A stretch of DNA of 64,000 nucleotides from an uncultured Chloroflexota bacterium (lineage in GTDB: Bacteria; Chloroflexota; UBA11872), in assembly GCA_958296175.1 (NCBI GenBank), contig OY282448.1, forward strand, positions 719,899 to 783,898, written 5' to 3'. Position 1 is the first letter of the stretch, and the number at the start of each line of letters is the position of its first letter. The notes below the pieces were generated by a model. The model saw only the letters and a program-made list of their open reading frames with translations, was not told the DNA's origin and ran no database searches. Position numbers and translations under genes: made by a program. Below, one piece after another: positions 48,854 to 59,255 of this stretch.

Positions 48854-49120
48854 GTTGCGCTCGTCCGCACGGTCACCCGTGACGTGCACGCAATTCTACG
48901 CGGCGCGCGGGTCGAGCGGCCGCGCGGGCGGGGCGTCCTGCGCCGCCGGCGCAGGCCATGTCACGAACCCGTCGGCGCGCGCACGCGCGCCGACGCGCCT
49001 GTCAGACGGCAACGTGTCCTTGTCGACAGGCGAACGGTGGCAGACAATGGGGACCGGGCGACGGGCTGCATGGAGCGGCGGCGCCCGGCACCCCCCGACC
49101 ACATTCCGAGGAGGCTTCGC

Positions 49121-50791
49121 GTGATTCTCGACCGCGCCGTCGTGTTCGATCTCGAAGCCCGCATGGCGCTGCGCGAGGGCGTGGACCTGGTGGCCGACGC
49201 GGTCAAGGTCACCATGGGCCCCAAGGGGCGGAACGTGGCCTACAAACCCAGCCTGGGGCCGCCCACGCTCACCAACGACGGCGTGACCATCGCGCGCGAC
49301 ATCAAGTTCGAGAACACCTTTCTGCACACCGGCGCGGCCATCGTGTACGAAGCCTGCCGCCAGACCAACACGGTGGCGGGCGACGGCACCACCACCGCGG
49401 CCGTGCTGACCCAGGCGATGTACAGCGAGGCGTTCAGGGCCATCGTGGCGGGCATCAACCCGATGATCATCCGCCGCGGCATGGTGCCGGCGCTGGCCGA
49501 GGCCGAGGAAGCGCTGCGCACGCTGGCCGTGCGGGCCGCCACGCGCCAGGACATTGCCTGGATTGCCGGCATGTCCGCCAACGACCCGCCGGTCGGCGAG
49601 CTGATCGCCGACGTGTTCGAACGCCAGGGACTGGAAGGCGCCGTCTCCGTCGAGGAAGGCAAGAGCCTCAAGACCGAGGTCACCTACGTGGACGGCATGC
49701 GCATCGACCACGGGTTCCTGACGCCGCACTTTGCGAAAGACGAGGCCCAAACCGAAGCGGTGATCGAGAATCCCGACATTCTGATCACGGACCGGAAACT
49801 GGAGCGCCTGCGGGACTTCCTGCCGTTCCTGGAGCGTTACGCCGCCAGCGGCCGCAAGACGCTGGTGATCGTGGCCCAGGAGATCGTCGGCGAGGTGGTC
49901 ACGATGCTGGTGCAAAACCTGCACGCGGGCAACCTGGAGGTGCTGTGCGTCAAGGCGCCGGCCTTCGGCGCGCGGCAGCGGCTGATGCTGGAAGACCTGG
50001 CCGTCTTTACGGGCGGCGTGCTGGTTGGCCACGAGACTGGCGAGCCCTGGCGGGCCATCGGCCTGGACGTGCTGGGCGGCGCCGAGCGCGTGCGCTCGAC
50101 CCGCGACCAGTCGTTCGTGGTCAAGGGCCGCGGCAATCCCGCAGCCATCCAGGAGCGCGTGGAATACATCTGGATGCAGCACGGGCGCATGAAGAACCAC
50201 TTCGACCGTGAAAAGCACCAGGAGCGCGCCAACAACCTGACCGGGTCGTTCGCCGAAATCTGGGTGGGCGCGGCCAGCGCCGTCGAACGGTTCGAGCTGA
50301 AGCACCGCATCGAAGACGCCATCTCAGCCACGCGCGCCGGGCTGGACGAGGGCATCGTGCCCGGCGGCGGCACCGCGCTGGCGCGCGTGTCGCAGGAGAT
50401 TCACGACGACCCCGACCTGCCGCTGGCCGAAGCCGTGGGCCGCCGCGTCGTGCGCGACGCCCTGCGCGTGCCGGCCGAGGTGATTGCCAACAACGGCGGC
50501 TACGACGGGGCCGTGGTGGTGGACGAAATCCTGCAGCGCCGCGGCCGCGAGGGCTTCAACGCCGCCACCGGCGAGTACGAGGACCTGCTTGCGGCCGGCG
50601 TGATCGACCCGCTCAAAGTCACGCGCTCGGCCCTGCGCAACGCCGGCAGCGCGGCGATGATGCTGATTACCTCCGAGGCGGTGGTGGGCGACACGCCGTC
50701 GTTCCACCGCTGGAACGACTATTACCGCGAACGCCTGGCCAAAAAGCACGGCTTCTTCAGCGAAGACCTGGACAACCCCCGCCCAGGCTGA
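49121..50791 (+). CDS. divergent chaperonin GroEL (Cpn60) paralog lacking GGM tail, no adjacent groES
   Basis: GTG 49121 after GAGGAGG. ADAVKVTMGPKGRNV...AGDGTTTAAVL...; ends ...PSFHRWNDYYRERLAKKHGFFSEDLDNPRPG instead of a Gly-Met repeat. Confidence 0.8.
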   Translation: MILDRAVVFDLEARMALREGVDLVADAVKVTMGPKGRNVAYKPSLGPPTLTNDGVTIARDIKFENTFLHTGAAIVYEACRQTNTVAGDGTTTAAVLTQAMYSEAFRAIVAGINPMIIRRGMVPALAEAEEALRTLAVRAATRQDIAWIAGMSANDPPVGELIADVFERQGLEGAVSVEEGKSLKTEVTYVDGMRIDHGFLTPHFAKDEAQTEAVIENPDILITDRKLERLRDFLPFLERYAASGRKTLVIVAQEIVGEVVTMLVQNLHAGNLEVLCVKAPAFGARQRLMLEDLAVFTGGVLVGHETGEPWRAIGLDVLGGAERVRSTRDQSFVVKGRGNPAAIQERVEYIWMQHGRMKNHFDREKHQERANNLTGSFAEIWVGAASAVERFELKHRIEDAISATRAGLDEGIVPGGGTALARVSQEIHDDPDLPLAEAVGRRVVRDALRVPAEVIANNGGYDGAVVVDEILQRRGREGFNAATGEYEDLLAAGVIDPLKVTRSALRNAGSAAMMLITSEAVVGDTPSFHRWNDYYRERLAKKHGFFSEDLDNPRPG

Positions 50792-50889
50792 CACCCCGCC
50801 GCGCACCGCCGGCGAGTCCGCCCCCGCTCCTCCCTCGGGTCCGTCTAGTAAGCGCCGCGCTGACTGACACGGTCCAAGCCTCGCTCCCC

Positions 50890-51170
50890 CTCCCCAGGAC
50901 CTTTCCCCGCTCCCAGCGGTCTTTCCTTCTCCCCAGGACCTTTCCCCGCTCCCGGCAGTCTTTCCCCCCAGGACCTTTCCCCACTCCCGGCGGTCTTTCC
51001 CTCTCCCCAGGACCTTTCCCCGCTCCCGACCGTCTTTCCCTCTCCCCAGGACCTTTCCCCGCTCCCGGCGGTCTTTCCCCCCAGGACCTTTCCCCACTCC
51101 CGACGGTCTTTCCCTCTCCCCGGGACTTTTCCCCTCTCCCTCGAGGGAGAGGGCAGGGTGAGGGTGAAGG
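50890..51170. repeat. tandem array (about 7 copies, 35/39-nt units ccccaggacctttcccc(g/a)ctcccggcggtctttcc[ctct]) ending in palindrome cccctctccctcgagggagagggcagggtgagggt
   Basis: caggac recurs at 50895, 50934, 50969, 51008, 51047 and 51082. The terminal palindrome at 51131-51170 is the same family as loci 1-4. Confidence 0.75.
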
Positions 51171-51227
51171 CTTGGGGCCGACGCGCCCGCCGGCGCCGGG
51201 GGACTCAGCCGCTCGAACGAGCGGCGG

Positions 51228-52049
51228 CTATTCGAACTCGAGCCGCTCGCGCACGCCGCGCTTGCCTTTGAAGCTCTGCTCGGGGGCAGGGAAGCGGCGC
51301 GCGCGCACATCGCTGGCGTAGGCGGCCAGAGCGGATTCGCTGAGGCTGGCGGCGTCGCCGAAGACGCGCGTGTGCCGCAGCGTCGGCTGCGAGAAGCCCA
51401 GCAGGTCGTGCAGCACTTGAATCTGTCCGTCGCAGTGCGGCCCGGCGCCGATGCCGATGGTGGGAATCTCCAGATGCTGGGTGATGGCGCGCGCCAGCTC
51501 CGCCGGCAACAGTTCCAGCACTACGGCAAAGGCGCCGGCCGCCGCCTGCGCACGCGCGGCGTCCACCACGGCCTGCGCCGCCGACAGCCCCACCCCCTGC
51601 ACCCGATAGCCGCCGTGCAGGTGCGCCGTCTGGGGGGTCAGTCCCACGTGCGCCATCACCGGAACGCCGCGCGCGGCGAGCGCCGCGGTCGCGTCGGCGG
51701 CCGCGGTGCCGCCTTCCAGCTTGACGGCGGCCGCGCCGCCCGCCTGCATGAGCACCGCCGCATTGCGCAGCGCGTCGTCCACCGCCGCGTAGGCCATGAA
51801 GGGCAGGTCGGCAATCACCAGCGGCTCGGTCACCGCCCGCGTCACGGCCGCCGCGTGGTGCGTAATGTCGCTCACGCGCACGGGCAGCTCGTTCTCGAAC
51901 CCCAACACCGCGCGGCCCACGCTGTCCCCAACCAGAATGGCGTCCACGCCGGCGCGTTCGGCCAGGCGGGCGAAGGGCGCGTCGTAAGCCGTCACGCAGA
52001 CCAGCGGTGCGCCCTGGCCCTTGCGGGCGCGAAACTCTGCAACCGTCAC
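51228..52049 (-). CDS. panB: 3-methyl-2-oxobutanoate hydroxymethyltransferase
   Basis: GTG 52049. LVCVTAYDAPFARLAERAGVDAILVGDS...KLEGG...HVGLTPQ motifs. Confidence 0.85.
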   Translation of the reverse strand: MTVAEFRARKGQGAPLVCVTAYDAPFARLAERAGVDAILVGDSVGRAVLGFENELPVRVSDITHHAAAVTRAVTEPLVIADLPFMAYAAVDDALRNAAVLMQAGGAAAVKLEGGTAAADATAALAARGVPVMAHVGLTPQTAHLHGGYRVQGVGLSAAQAVVDAARAQAAAGAFAVVLELLPAELARAITQHLEIPTIGIGAGPHCDGQIQVLHDLLGFSQPTLRHTRVFGDAASLSESALAAYASDVRARRFPAPEQSFKGKRGVRERLEFE

Positions 52050-52429
52050 ACCTGCGCCTTGCCAGCGGCGCGCCAAGACCCTGGCGATGGTAGCGCGGGC
52101 CCCAGCCCCGCGGGCCGCGCGCGTCGTCCATCGCGCGCTCGCAAGCGTGGGCGCACCTGCGGCGCAGCGTCGACCGGGGAACGGGGGCCAGCCTCCGGAC
52201 CTTGCCCGCCCCGCCTGCCCTCGCACCGTGATACGGAGCACGTGACACGGGGGCGGGAATCCATCGTCAGACGCCCTCGGGTTCGGCGGCCCCGGGCGGC
52301 GGCCGCTTCCGAGCCGCAGGCCTGGACTATTGTCAGCGGCTGTTCCCCTGCTTAGGCTGAACGCGCTGCCGCCGGCCGGCGGGCTTGCCGCCGTCGGATC
52401 CTCCGCGCACGCCGAGGGCCGCTCCCTTC

Positions 52430-53158
52430 ATGCGCATTGCCATCCTTACCGACGTTCACGCCAACCTCACCGCCCTGCGGGCGGTGCTGGCGGACATTCG
52501 CGCGCGCGGGCCGTTTCAGCTGGTGGTGTCCGCCGGCGACCAGCTCAGCGGCGGGCCGCGGCCGGTGGAGACCTGGCGCGAGCTGGAGGCGGCGGGCGCG
52601 CTGCTGCTCGAAGGCGACACCGAGCGCGACCTGGCCAACGGCGCATGCAAGCCGATTCAAGGCGACGGCCTGCGCCGTGAGCTGATCCTGCAGGTGTTCG
52701 ACTGGACGCTCGGCCTCGTTCCCAACGACCTGCGGCAGCGCGTTGGCGAGCTCCCGACCAACCTGCGGCTCCAGGTCGACGACGGCCAGGACCTGCTGGC
52801 GGCGCATGCCAACGGGGTGAACCTGGACGACTTCATCTGGGCCGACACGCCGCCGGACGAGCTGGCGCGGCTGATCGGCCCGCGCCCGCCGGGGCTGCTG
52901 GTGGTGGGCCACATCCACGCCCCGCTGCAGCTGACCTTCAGACGCACCACCATCCTGCGCCCCGGCAGCGTGGGGCTGAAGTACGAGCCGTGCTGGGCGA
53001 ACGTGGCGCACTGGGCGGAAGTCTCCTGGGACGCCGACCGCGCCGCCTGGAGCTCCCGCGTGCACGCGGCTACCTGGGACGTGCGCGCCGAAATCGACGC
53101 CGCCCGCGCCGTCGGCTACCCCGGCATCCCCATCATGCCCGGCGGCGCGGACGCCTAA
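52430..53158 (+). CDS. metallophosphoesterase (calcineurin-like phosphoesterase)
   Basis: MRIAILTDVHAN...VSAGDQLS...VVGHIHAPL metal-binding motifs. Confidence 0.75.
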   Translation: MRIAILTDVHANLTALRAVLADIRARGPFQLVVSAGDQLSGGPRPVETWRELEAAGALLLEGDTERDLANGACKPIQGDGLRRELILQVFDWTLGLVPNDLRQRVGELPTNLRLQVDDGQDLLAAHANGVNLDDFIWADTPPDELARLIGPRPPGLLVVGHIHAPLQLTFRRTTILRPGSVGLKYEPCWANVAHWAEVSWDADRAAWSSRVHAATWDVRAEIDAARAVGYPGIPIMPGGADA

Positions 53159-53233
53159 GCGCAGAGTTCGAGGCGCGCCTCCCGGCAACGTTTGCACGTG
53201 TCCGGGCGCGAGGGCCGCCGCATTCGGGCAGCG

Positions 53234-54772
53234 TTACCTCGGCAAGCGGTTGCACTGCTCTTGGTAGCCGGAGCTGGCACGGACCGAGGTCTCGACGGCG
53301 CCGTCGAGCCAATCCGCGTACGCGCTCTCGTGATCGAATTCCAAGTCCGAGGAAGGCCACGGGACGAAGGGGAAGGAGTACCCCAAACCCCAGCGAAAAC
53401 TCGCCCACACCCCTGCCTGAACCCTGTGCGCGAAAATCTCTTCTTGGAAGCACGCTTCCCGTGTGCGCGAGTTCCCCGCATGCCAGCCAAGCGCGTGGTA
53501 AATCTCATGCGCCAGCAACGCAGCCAGCGCTTCCGTCCGCTCCCAGCGCAGGTCGGATCGAACCGCGATCGTGTCGATCGCGGGGACATAGGCCGCAAGG
53601 GTTTCGGGACTCAAGGGGTCGAACACATAGCTGGTCGTTGTCAGCGCGTCGATTACTTTGGCGTATATGGGGTCCACCGTCCGCAGCAACGTCAACGCCG
53701 CCTGCAGGGCCGGGTCGCGGTATCCCCGCGCTTCGATCGTAAACCTGCTGGACACCGGCGGCCCGCCGCCGCGGTCGTTGAACGCCTGGAGCGTGAACGT
53801 GTGCTCGCCGGCGTTCAGGCCCTCGACGCGGACTCCGAAGGCGCCGCCATCCGACCCAACCTCGCCGGAGCGCGGCGTTGCCCCCGAAATGCTCCAGCGG
53901 TAGCCGCGCAGCGGCAAGCCGCCGCCGTCGCTGGGCGGGTCGGCGCGGGCGGTGACGTCGTTGCCGGCTACCGAGACCCGCAGGTTGCGCGGCGCGGTGG
54001 GGGTGCTGGTCGGATCGATCGTGAAGCTGCTGCTGATCGGGGGGCCGTCGCCGCGGTCGTTGAACGCCGCGACTGTGAAGGTGTGCACGCCTGCGTTCAG
54101 GTCGTCGACATAGACGCTGAAGCTGCCGCCGCCGGACGCGACGCTGCCGCCGCGTGACGTGGCGCCGGACACGCTCCAGCGGTAGCCGCGCAGCGGCAAG
54201 CCGCCGCCGTCGCTGGGCGGATCGGCGGCGGTGGTGACGGCGTTGCCGGCTACCGAGACCCGCAGGTTGCGCGGCGCGGTGGGCGCGCCGGTGGCCGGGC
54301 CCACCCAGGCGAAGGCCGCTTGCACGTCGGCGCGGTGGTCGTTTTGGCAGGCTTGTTCCGCCTGCGCGCCGTACGCGCGCTGGTAGATACCGACATTGCC
54401 GTGGTTGCCCAGGTGGGCTTCCACCACGTCGTTGAGAGCCAGGCAGGTGGCGGGCCAGCCGCCGGTGGGCGCGGGGGCAGTGGGCGCGGAACCTGCGCCG
54501 CCAAGCGCCCAGGCAAAAGCGGCCTGCACGTCGGCGCGGTGGTCGTTTTGACAGGCCTGTTCCGCCTGCGCGCCGTACGCGCGCTGGTAGATACCGACAT
54601 TGCCGTGATTGCCCAGGTGGGCTTCCACCACGTCGTTGAGGCCGACGCAGGCGGCGGGCCAGCCGCCGGTTTGTGCGGCCGCCGGTGGCCCTGCAACCAG
54701 CGCGCTTGCCAGCAGCGTCAGCGCCGCAGCTATGCCAAGGGCCGCCGCACGGCGCATCCAGCCCGTTTTCAT
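53234..54772 (-). CDS. secreted protein: two copies of the two-Cys N-terminal module, two fibronectin-III-like domains, C-terminal HExxH (putative zinc metallopeptidase-like) domain
   Basis: Signal peptide MKTGWMRRAAALGIAAALTLLASALVAG. 2x GGWPxxCxxLNDVVEAHLGNHGNVGIYQRAYGAQAEQACQNDHRADVQAAFAW. 2x PTAPRNLRVSVAGN...GYRWS. C-terminus AALLAHEIYHALGWH. Confidence 0.65.
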   Translation of the reverse strand: MKTGWMRRAAALGIAAALTLLASALVAGPPAAAQTGGWPAACVGLNDVVEAHLGNHGNVGIYQRAYGAQAEQACQNDHRADVQAAFAWALGGAGSAPTAPAPTGGWPATCLALNDVVEAHLGNHGNVGIYQRAYGAQAEQACQNDHRADVQAAFAWVGPATGAPTAPRNLRVSVAGNAVTTAADPPSDGGGLPLRGYRWSVSGATSRGGSVASGGGSFSVYVDDLNAGVHTFTVAAFNDRGDGPPISSSFTIDPTSTPTAPRNLRVSVAGNDVTARADPPSDGGGLPLRGYRWSISGATPRSGEVGSDGGAFGVRVEGLNAGEHTFTLQAFNDRGGGPPVSSRFTIEARGYRDPALQAALTLLRTVDPIYAKVIDALTTTSYVFDPLSPETLAAYVPAIDTIAVRSDLRWERTEALAALLAHEIYHALGWHAGNSRTREACFQEEIFAHRVQAGVWASFRWGLGYSFPFVPWPSSDLEFDHESAYADWLDGAVETSVRASSGYQEQCNRLPR

Positions 54773-54932
54773 CCGTGCATTCCTTTTCGCGGCGGTGGCG
54801 ACCGGTGCCGGCGGCGCGCAGATCGTTCATAATTTGTTCGCCTCACGGCAGCGTAGCACGGGTAACCTTCGCCGCGAACCGAACAACGAGGCCGCCAACG
54901 GTCGGCCGCGGCCGGCGGGCCGGGCGCGAGCG

Positions 54933-55619
54933 TCAGCCGCCCGGCGAACGAGGCTCCGAGGCGTGGGGCGGCTCGGCTGAATCTAGGCCCGCGCTGGCCA
55001 GGGTTGCTCGCCAGACGGTTTCTACCCGGCGTTGGAGGGAGGCCGTGTCCGTGAGGTTCTCGATGCGCCAGATGGGGCGGTCGGGGCGGCGGGCGGCGAA
55101 GCGGCGGGCTTTTTCTTCGGGCGGGGACTGCACGGCCAGCCGGCGGCGGGCCTGGGCGGCTGTGATGCGGCCCGAGGCCGCGGCGCGCGCGACTTGCAGC
55201 TCGGGCGCGGCCACGACGATCCAGAGGCCGTCCAGCTGGGCGCCGGTCGGCCCTTCGACGACTTTGATGGCTTCCACCAGCGTGGCCGGCGCTTCGGTGG
55301 GTTGGCGCAGCAGCTCGGCGGTGCGCCGGCCGACCCTGGGGAACACCAGGCGCTCCAGGCGGTGCAGCGCCTGCGGGTCGTGGAACACCGTCTCGGCCAG
55401 CGCGGCGCGGTTGGGCCAGCCGCCGCGCATGACGGCCGGGCCGAAGGCGCGCTCGATCTCCGCCGCCAGCTCCGCGTCCGCCGCCAGCAGCTCGCGCACC
55501 GTTCGGTCCGAGTCGATCACGCGCGCGCCCAGCCGCTGCGCCATGCGCGCAACCGTGGACTTGCCGGCGCCCAGGTTGCCGGTTAGCCCGATGACGAGGC
55601 GGCGCGCGTCTGCGTTCAC
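54933..55619 (-). CDS. coaE: dephospho-CoA kinase
   Basis: GTG 55619. IGLTGNLGAGKSTVARMAQRLGARVIDSD (P-loop). Confidence 0.8.
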   Translation of the reverse strand: MNADARRLVIGLTGNLGAGKSTVARMAQRLGARVIDSDRTVRELLAADAELAAEIERAFGPAVMRGGWPNRAALAETVFHDPQALHRLERLVFPRVGRRTAELLRQPTEAPATLVEAIKVVEGPTGAQLDGLWIVVAAPELQVARAAASGRITAAQARRRLAVQSPPEEKARRFAARRPDRPIWRIENLTDTASLQRRVETVWRATLASAGLDSAEPPHASEPRSPGG

Positions 55620-56190
55620 GCGCCGCGGCCTTGCGTTCCGCCTTCGGGGGACCTTTGCGTACTTCCCAGGCGCGGGGGCCGGTGGGGTTGCCGACGTGCA
55701 CGGCCGCCGCCTGTTGCCGTACCTCCCAGGCGCAGGGGACGGTGTCGGCGAACCAATGCCAGCATCGGTGTACCTCGTGCCTGCGGGATTCCGGCGTTCA
55801 CCGGAATGACGGATTCTGCAAAGGTCTCGTCGGGCGCCGCGACCTTTCGGTCGGCCGCGCGGGCACCGCGCGTTTGGAAGCCGCCGTCTGTGGGGCGTAT
55901 GCTTGCTGCACGCACACATTGTGCCTTCGGGGCAGGGTGAGCCTGGCGGTGCCGGGCAATTCCCGACCGGCGGTGAGGCGCATGGCCGAGCCCGCGACCC
56001 GGCGTTTGCCGGTTGATCCGGTGCGAATCCGGAGCCGACGGTACAGTCCGGATGGAAGAAGGCGCCGTGGGCGCGCTCATGCGCGCGCGCCCGTGCCCCG
56101 GCGGCTCACGCGTTGGACGAACACCGTGGCACCCGCCCTGACCGCCATACCCGCCTTCTTCTCGGACGCCGCGCGCCGCTGTGGGGCGCC

Positions 56191-57342
56191 GTGAGCGCCG
56201 TCGCGGTTCTCCGCAGCCCGCCCGCCGCGCGCGGCGGCGCGGCCGCGCAGGCGGCCCTGCGGCGGGCGCTGGCGCTGGCGCTGGCCGTGCAGGGGCGCAC
56301 GCATCCCAACCCGCCGGTCGGCGCCGTGGTGCTGGCCGACGACGGCGCAGTCGTCGGCGAGGGCGCGACCCAGCCCGCCGGCGGCGCGCACGCCGAGGTC
56401 ATGGCCCTGCGCGCCGCCGGCGCCCGCGCCCGCGGCGGAACCCTGGCGGTGACTCTGGAACCTTGCAACCACCGGGGCCGCACGCCGCCCTGCACGCAGG
56501 CGATCCTGGCGGCCGGGATCGCGCGGGCGGCGGTTGCGCTGCGGGACGCCAATCCGCGCGTGTGCGGCGGGGGCATTGACCACCTGCGCCGCCAGGGCGT
56601 CGAGGTGGAGGTTGCGGGCGGCCGGGCCGCCCGCCAGGCGGCGGCGCTGGCCCACGGGCACTTCAAGCTGGCTGCCACCGGCCGCCCCCACCTCACCGCC
56701 AAGTGGGCCATGACGCTGGACGGCAAGGTTGCGCGGCCGCGGGGCGGCGGCCGCATCACCGGCGCGGCCGCCTGGCGGCGCGTGCATGACGAGCGCAACG
56801 CGGCCGACGCGGTCGTCACCGGGGTCGGCTCGATCCAGGTGGACGACTCCCGCCTGACCGTGCGGCCGCCGCCGCCTGACGGGCGCCAGCCCGTGCGCGT
56901 GGTGGTCGATTCGCAGGCCCGCTGCCCCCTCGACGCCCGCGTGCTGCACGCGCCGGGAGAGGCGCTGATCGTGACGGGGGCGGCGGCGCCCGACCACCGC
57001 CGGCGGCGGCTGGAACGGGCGGGCGCCGCGGTGCTGACCTGTCCGGTCGACGCAGCGGGGCGCGTCGACCTGGGCGCCGCGCTGGATGCGCTGGGCGCGC
57101 ACGGGCTGACGACGCTGCTGTGTGAAGCCGGCCCCACGCTCACCGGCGCGCTGCTGGCGGCCGACGCCGTCGACCGCCTGGTGGTCTTCGTTGCGCCCTG
57201 GGTGATGGGCGCGGGGCTTGCCGCGCCTGCGCCGGCCGCGGCCGTCAGCCGCCGCCTGCTCGACCCGCTCCAGGCAACGGCCGTCGGCCCCGACGTCATG
57301 CTGGAGGGCGCGCTGCACCGCTACGGCCCGGAGGCTGCCTGA
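56191..57342 (+). CDS. ribD: bifunctional riboflavin biosynthesis deaminase/reductase RibD
   Basis: GTG 56191. HAEVMAL...LEPCNHRGRTPPC (CMP/dCMP deaminase zinc motif) and a C-terminal reductase domain. Confidence 0.88.
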   Translation: MSAVAVLRSPPAARGGAAAQAALRRALALALAVQGRTHPNPPVGAVVLADDGAVVGEGATQPAGGAHAEVMALRAAGARARGGTLAVTLEPCNHRGRTPPCTQAILAAGIARAAVALRDANPRVCGGGIDHLRRQGVEVEVAGGRAARQAAALAHGHFKLAATGRPHLTAKWAMTLDGKVARPRGGGRITGAAAWRRVHDERNAADAVVTGVGSIQVDDSRLTVRPPPPDGRQPVRVVVDSQARCPLDARVLHAPGEALIVTGAAAPDHRRRRLERAGAAVLTCPVDAAGRVDLGAALDALGAHGLTTLLCEAGPTLTGALLAADAVDRLVVFVAPWVMGAGLAAPAPAAAVSRRLLDPLQATAVGPDVMLEGALHRYGPEAA

Positions 57343-57343
57343 G

Positions 57344-57997
57344 ATGTTCACCGGCATCGTGGAAGACCTGGGGCGCGTGACGGCGTCGTCGACCGCGCAG
57401 GGCGTGCGCCGCATCAGCGTGCGCACGCGCCTGGACGCCGCCGCCCTGCGCCTGGGCGCATCCATCGCGCTCAACGGCGTGTGCCTGACCATCGTGGCGG
57501 CGCGCGGCCGCGAGCTGACCGTGCAGGCGGTGCCGGAAACGCTGCGGCGCACCAACCTGGGCGGCCTGGCGCCCGGGTCCCGCGTGAACGTCGAGCGGCC
57601 GCTGGCCTTTGGCAGCCGCATGGGCGGGCACTACGTGCAAGGCCACGTCGACGCCTCGGCCCGGCTGCTGGAGCGCCGGGCCGAGGGCGGCTCGGAGATC
57701 GTGCGGTTCGAGACGCCGCCGGGTCTGGGCCAGTGGCTCGTGTCCAAAGGCTTCGTGGCGCTGGACGGCGTGAGCCTGACGGTGGTGGACCCAACCGACG
57801 CGTCGTTCGCCGTGGCGCTCGTTCCTCACACGCGCCGGTCGGTGACCCTGGGCGCCGCGCGCGTGGGCTATCGGGCGAATCTGGAAGTGGACGTCCTGGC
57901 CAAGTACGGCCATCCGCCCGCCGCGGCGGCGGGCGAACCCGAACCGTCGATCGCGGGGCTGCGCGCGGCGGGGTTTCGGCTGGACGACACGCGATGA
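57344..57997 (+). CDS. ribE: riboflavin synthase (alpha subunit)
   Basis: [12 protein letters not shown]...[10 protein letters not shown]...GHYVQGHVD... duplicated lumazine-binding repeats. Confidence 0.88.
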   Translation: MFTGIVEDLGRVTASSTAQGVRRISVRTRLDAAALRLGASIALNGVCLTIVAARGRELTVQAVPETLRRTNLGGLAPGSRVNVERPLAFGSRMGGHYVQGHVDASARLLERRAEGGSEIVRFETPPGLGQWLVSKGFVALDGVSLTVVDPTDASFAVALVPHTRRSVTLGAARVGYRANLEVDVLAKYGHPPAAAAGEPEPSIAGLRAAGFRLDDTR

Positions 57998-59184
57998 CGC
58001 GCGACGCCGTGCAGGCCGCGGTCGCAAGCATCCGCCGCGGCGGGATTGCGGCGGTGGTGGACGACGGGCAGGCGCGCCCGGACGTGGACCTGGTGACCGC
58101 CGGGGCCACCCTGACGACGGAAACCCTGGCAACCCTGCGCGCGCTCGGCGGCGGCGCGGTCTACGCGCCCGCCGCGCCGCGGCTGCTGGACGCCTGCGGG
58201 ATTGCCGAGCGGCCGCCGGACGCGCGCGACCCGCTGGCGCGCCGCGCGGCCGCAACCGCATCCGTGGGGCTTGCGGGTCGCGCGGGGCAGGACGGCGACG
58301 CCGCGGTCGCGGCCGTGGTGCGCGCCCTGGCCGCGCCGAACCCCGCGAGCGGCGCGTTCGGCTCGCCCGGCCCCGTGACGCCGCTGCGGGCGCGCGAGGG
58401 CGGCGTGCTGCGGCGCCTGGGCCACACCGAGGCAGCCGTGGACCTGGCGGCGCTAGCGGGTCTTTCGCCCGTGGCCGTGCTGACGCGCGTCGACACGCCG
58501 AACCCGGCGGCGCTGGGGACGGTGTTTCACGCGCCCGGCGGCGCGCGCCTGCCGGTCGTCCGCATCAGCCAGATCGTCCACCACCGGCGCACCACCGAGC
58601 GCGTGGTCGACCGCGTGTCCACCGCGCGCCTGCCCACGCGCCAGGCCGAGTTCCAGGCGGTGGCCTTCCATGACCGCACCACGCGCGAGGACCATCTGGC
58701 GCTCACGCTGGGCGACCTGCGCGGCGCGCCGCCGCCGCTGGTGCGGGTGCATTCCGAATGTTTGACCGGCGACGTGTTCGGGTCGCAGCGCTGCGACTGC
58801 GGCGCCCAGCTGGACGCGGCGCTGGCGCACCTGGCCGCCGAAGGCCGCGGCGTGGTGCTCTACGTGCGGCAGGAAGGCCGCGGGATTGGCCTGGCCAACA
58901 AGCTGCGCGCCTACGAGCTGCAAGACCGCGGCCTGGACACCGTGGACGCCAACAGCCACCTGGGGTTTGCCGCCGACCTGCGCGATTACGGCGTAGGCGC
59001 CCAGATTCTGCGCGAGCTGGGCATCACCCGCCTGCGGCTGCTGACCAACAATCCCAAGAAGACCGAGGGGTTCCGCGCGTACGGCCTGGACGTGGCGGCG
59101 CAGCTGCCGCTGACGGTCGAACCCGGCGAACACAACCGCCGCTACCTGACGGCCAAACGCGAGCGCCTGGGCCACGACTTATGA
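57994..59184 (+). CDS. ribBA: bifunctional 3,4-dihydroxy-2-butanone-4-phosphate synthase / GTP cyclohydrolase II
   Basis: ATG 57994 overlaps the ribE stop (ATGA). C-terminal [20 protein letters not shown]...[10 protein letters not shown] (GCH II). Confidence 0.88.
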   Translation: MTRDAVQAAVASIRRGGIAAVVDDGQARPDVDLVTAGATLTTETLATLRALGGGAVYAPAAPRLLDACGIAERPPDARDPLARRAAATASVGLAGRAGQDGDAAVAAVVRALAAPNPASGAFGSPGPVTPLRAREGGVLRRLGHTEAAVDLAALAGLSPVAVLTRVDTPNPAALGTVFHAPGGARLPVVRISQIVHHRRTTERVVDRVSTARLPTRQAEFQAVAFHDRTTREDHLALTLGDLRGAPPPLVRVHSECLTGDVFGSQRCDCGAQLDAALAHLAAEGRGVVLYVRQEGRGIGLANKLRAYELQDRGLDTVDANSHLGFAADLRDYGVGAQILRELGITRLRLLTNNPKKTEGFRAYGLDVAAQLPLTVEPGEHNRRYLTAKRERLGHDL

Positions 59185-59255
59185 CCGCCGCCGCGTCCGC
59201 CCCGCACGTGCGGTTCCGTTCGGCCGCGAGGCTCTCCTGAATGGATGGTCCCCCA

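Noticed and set aside
50324-51310. 328-aa minus-strand ORF with GKVLGRGKDGRERGKVLGRGKD repeats
   Set aside because: It is a translation of the 35/39-nt tandem array between two convergent genes.
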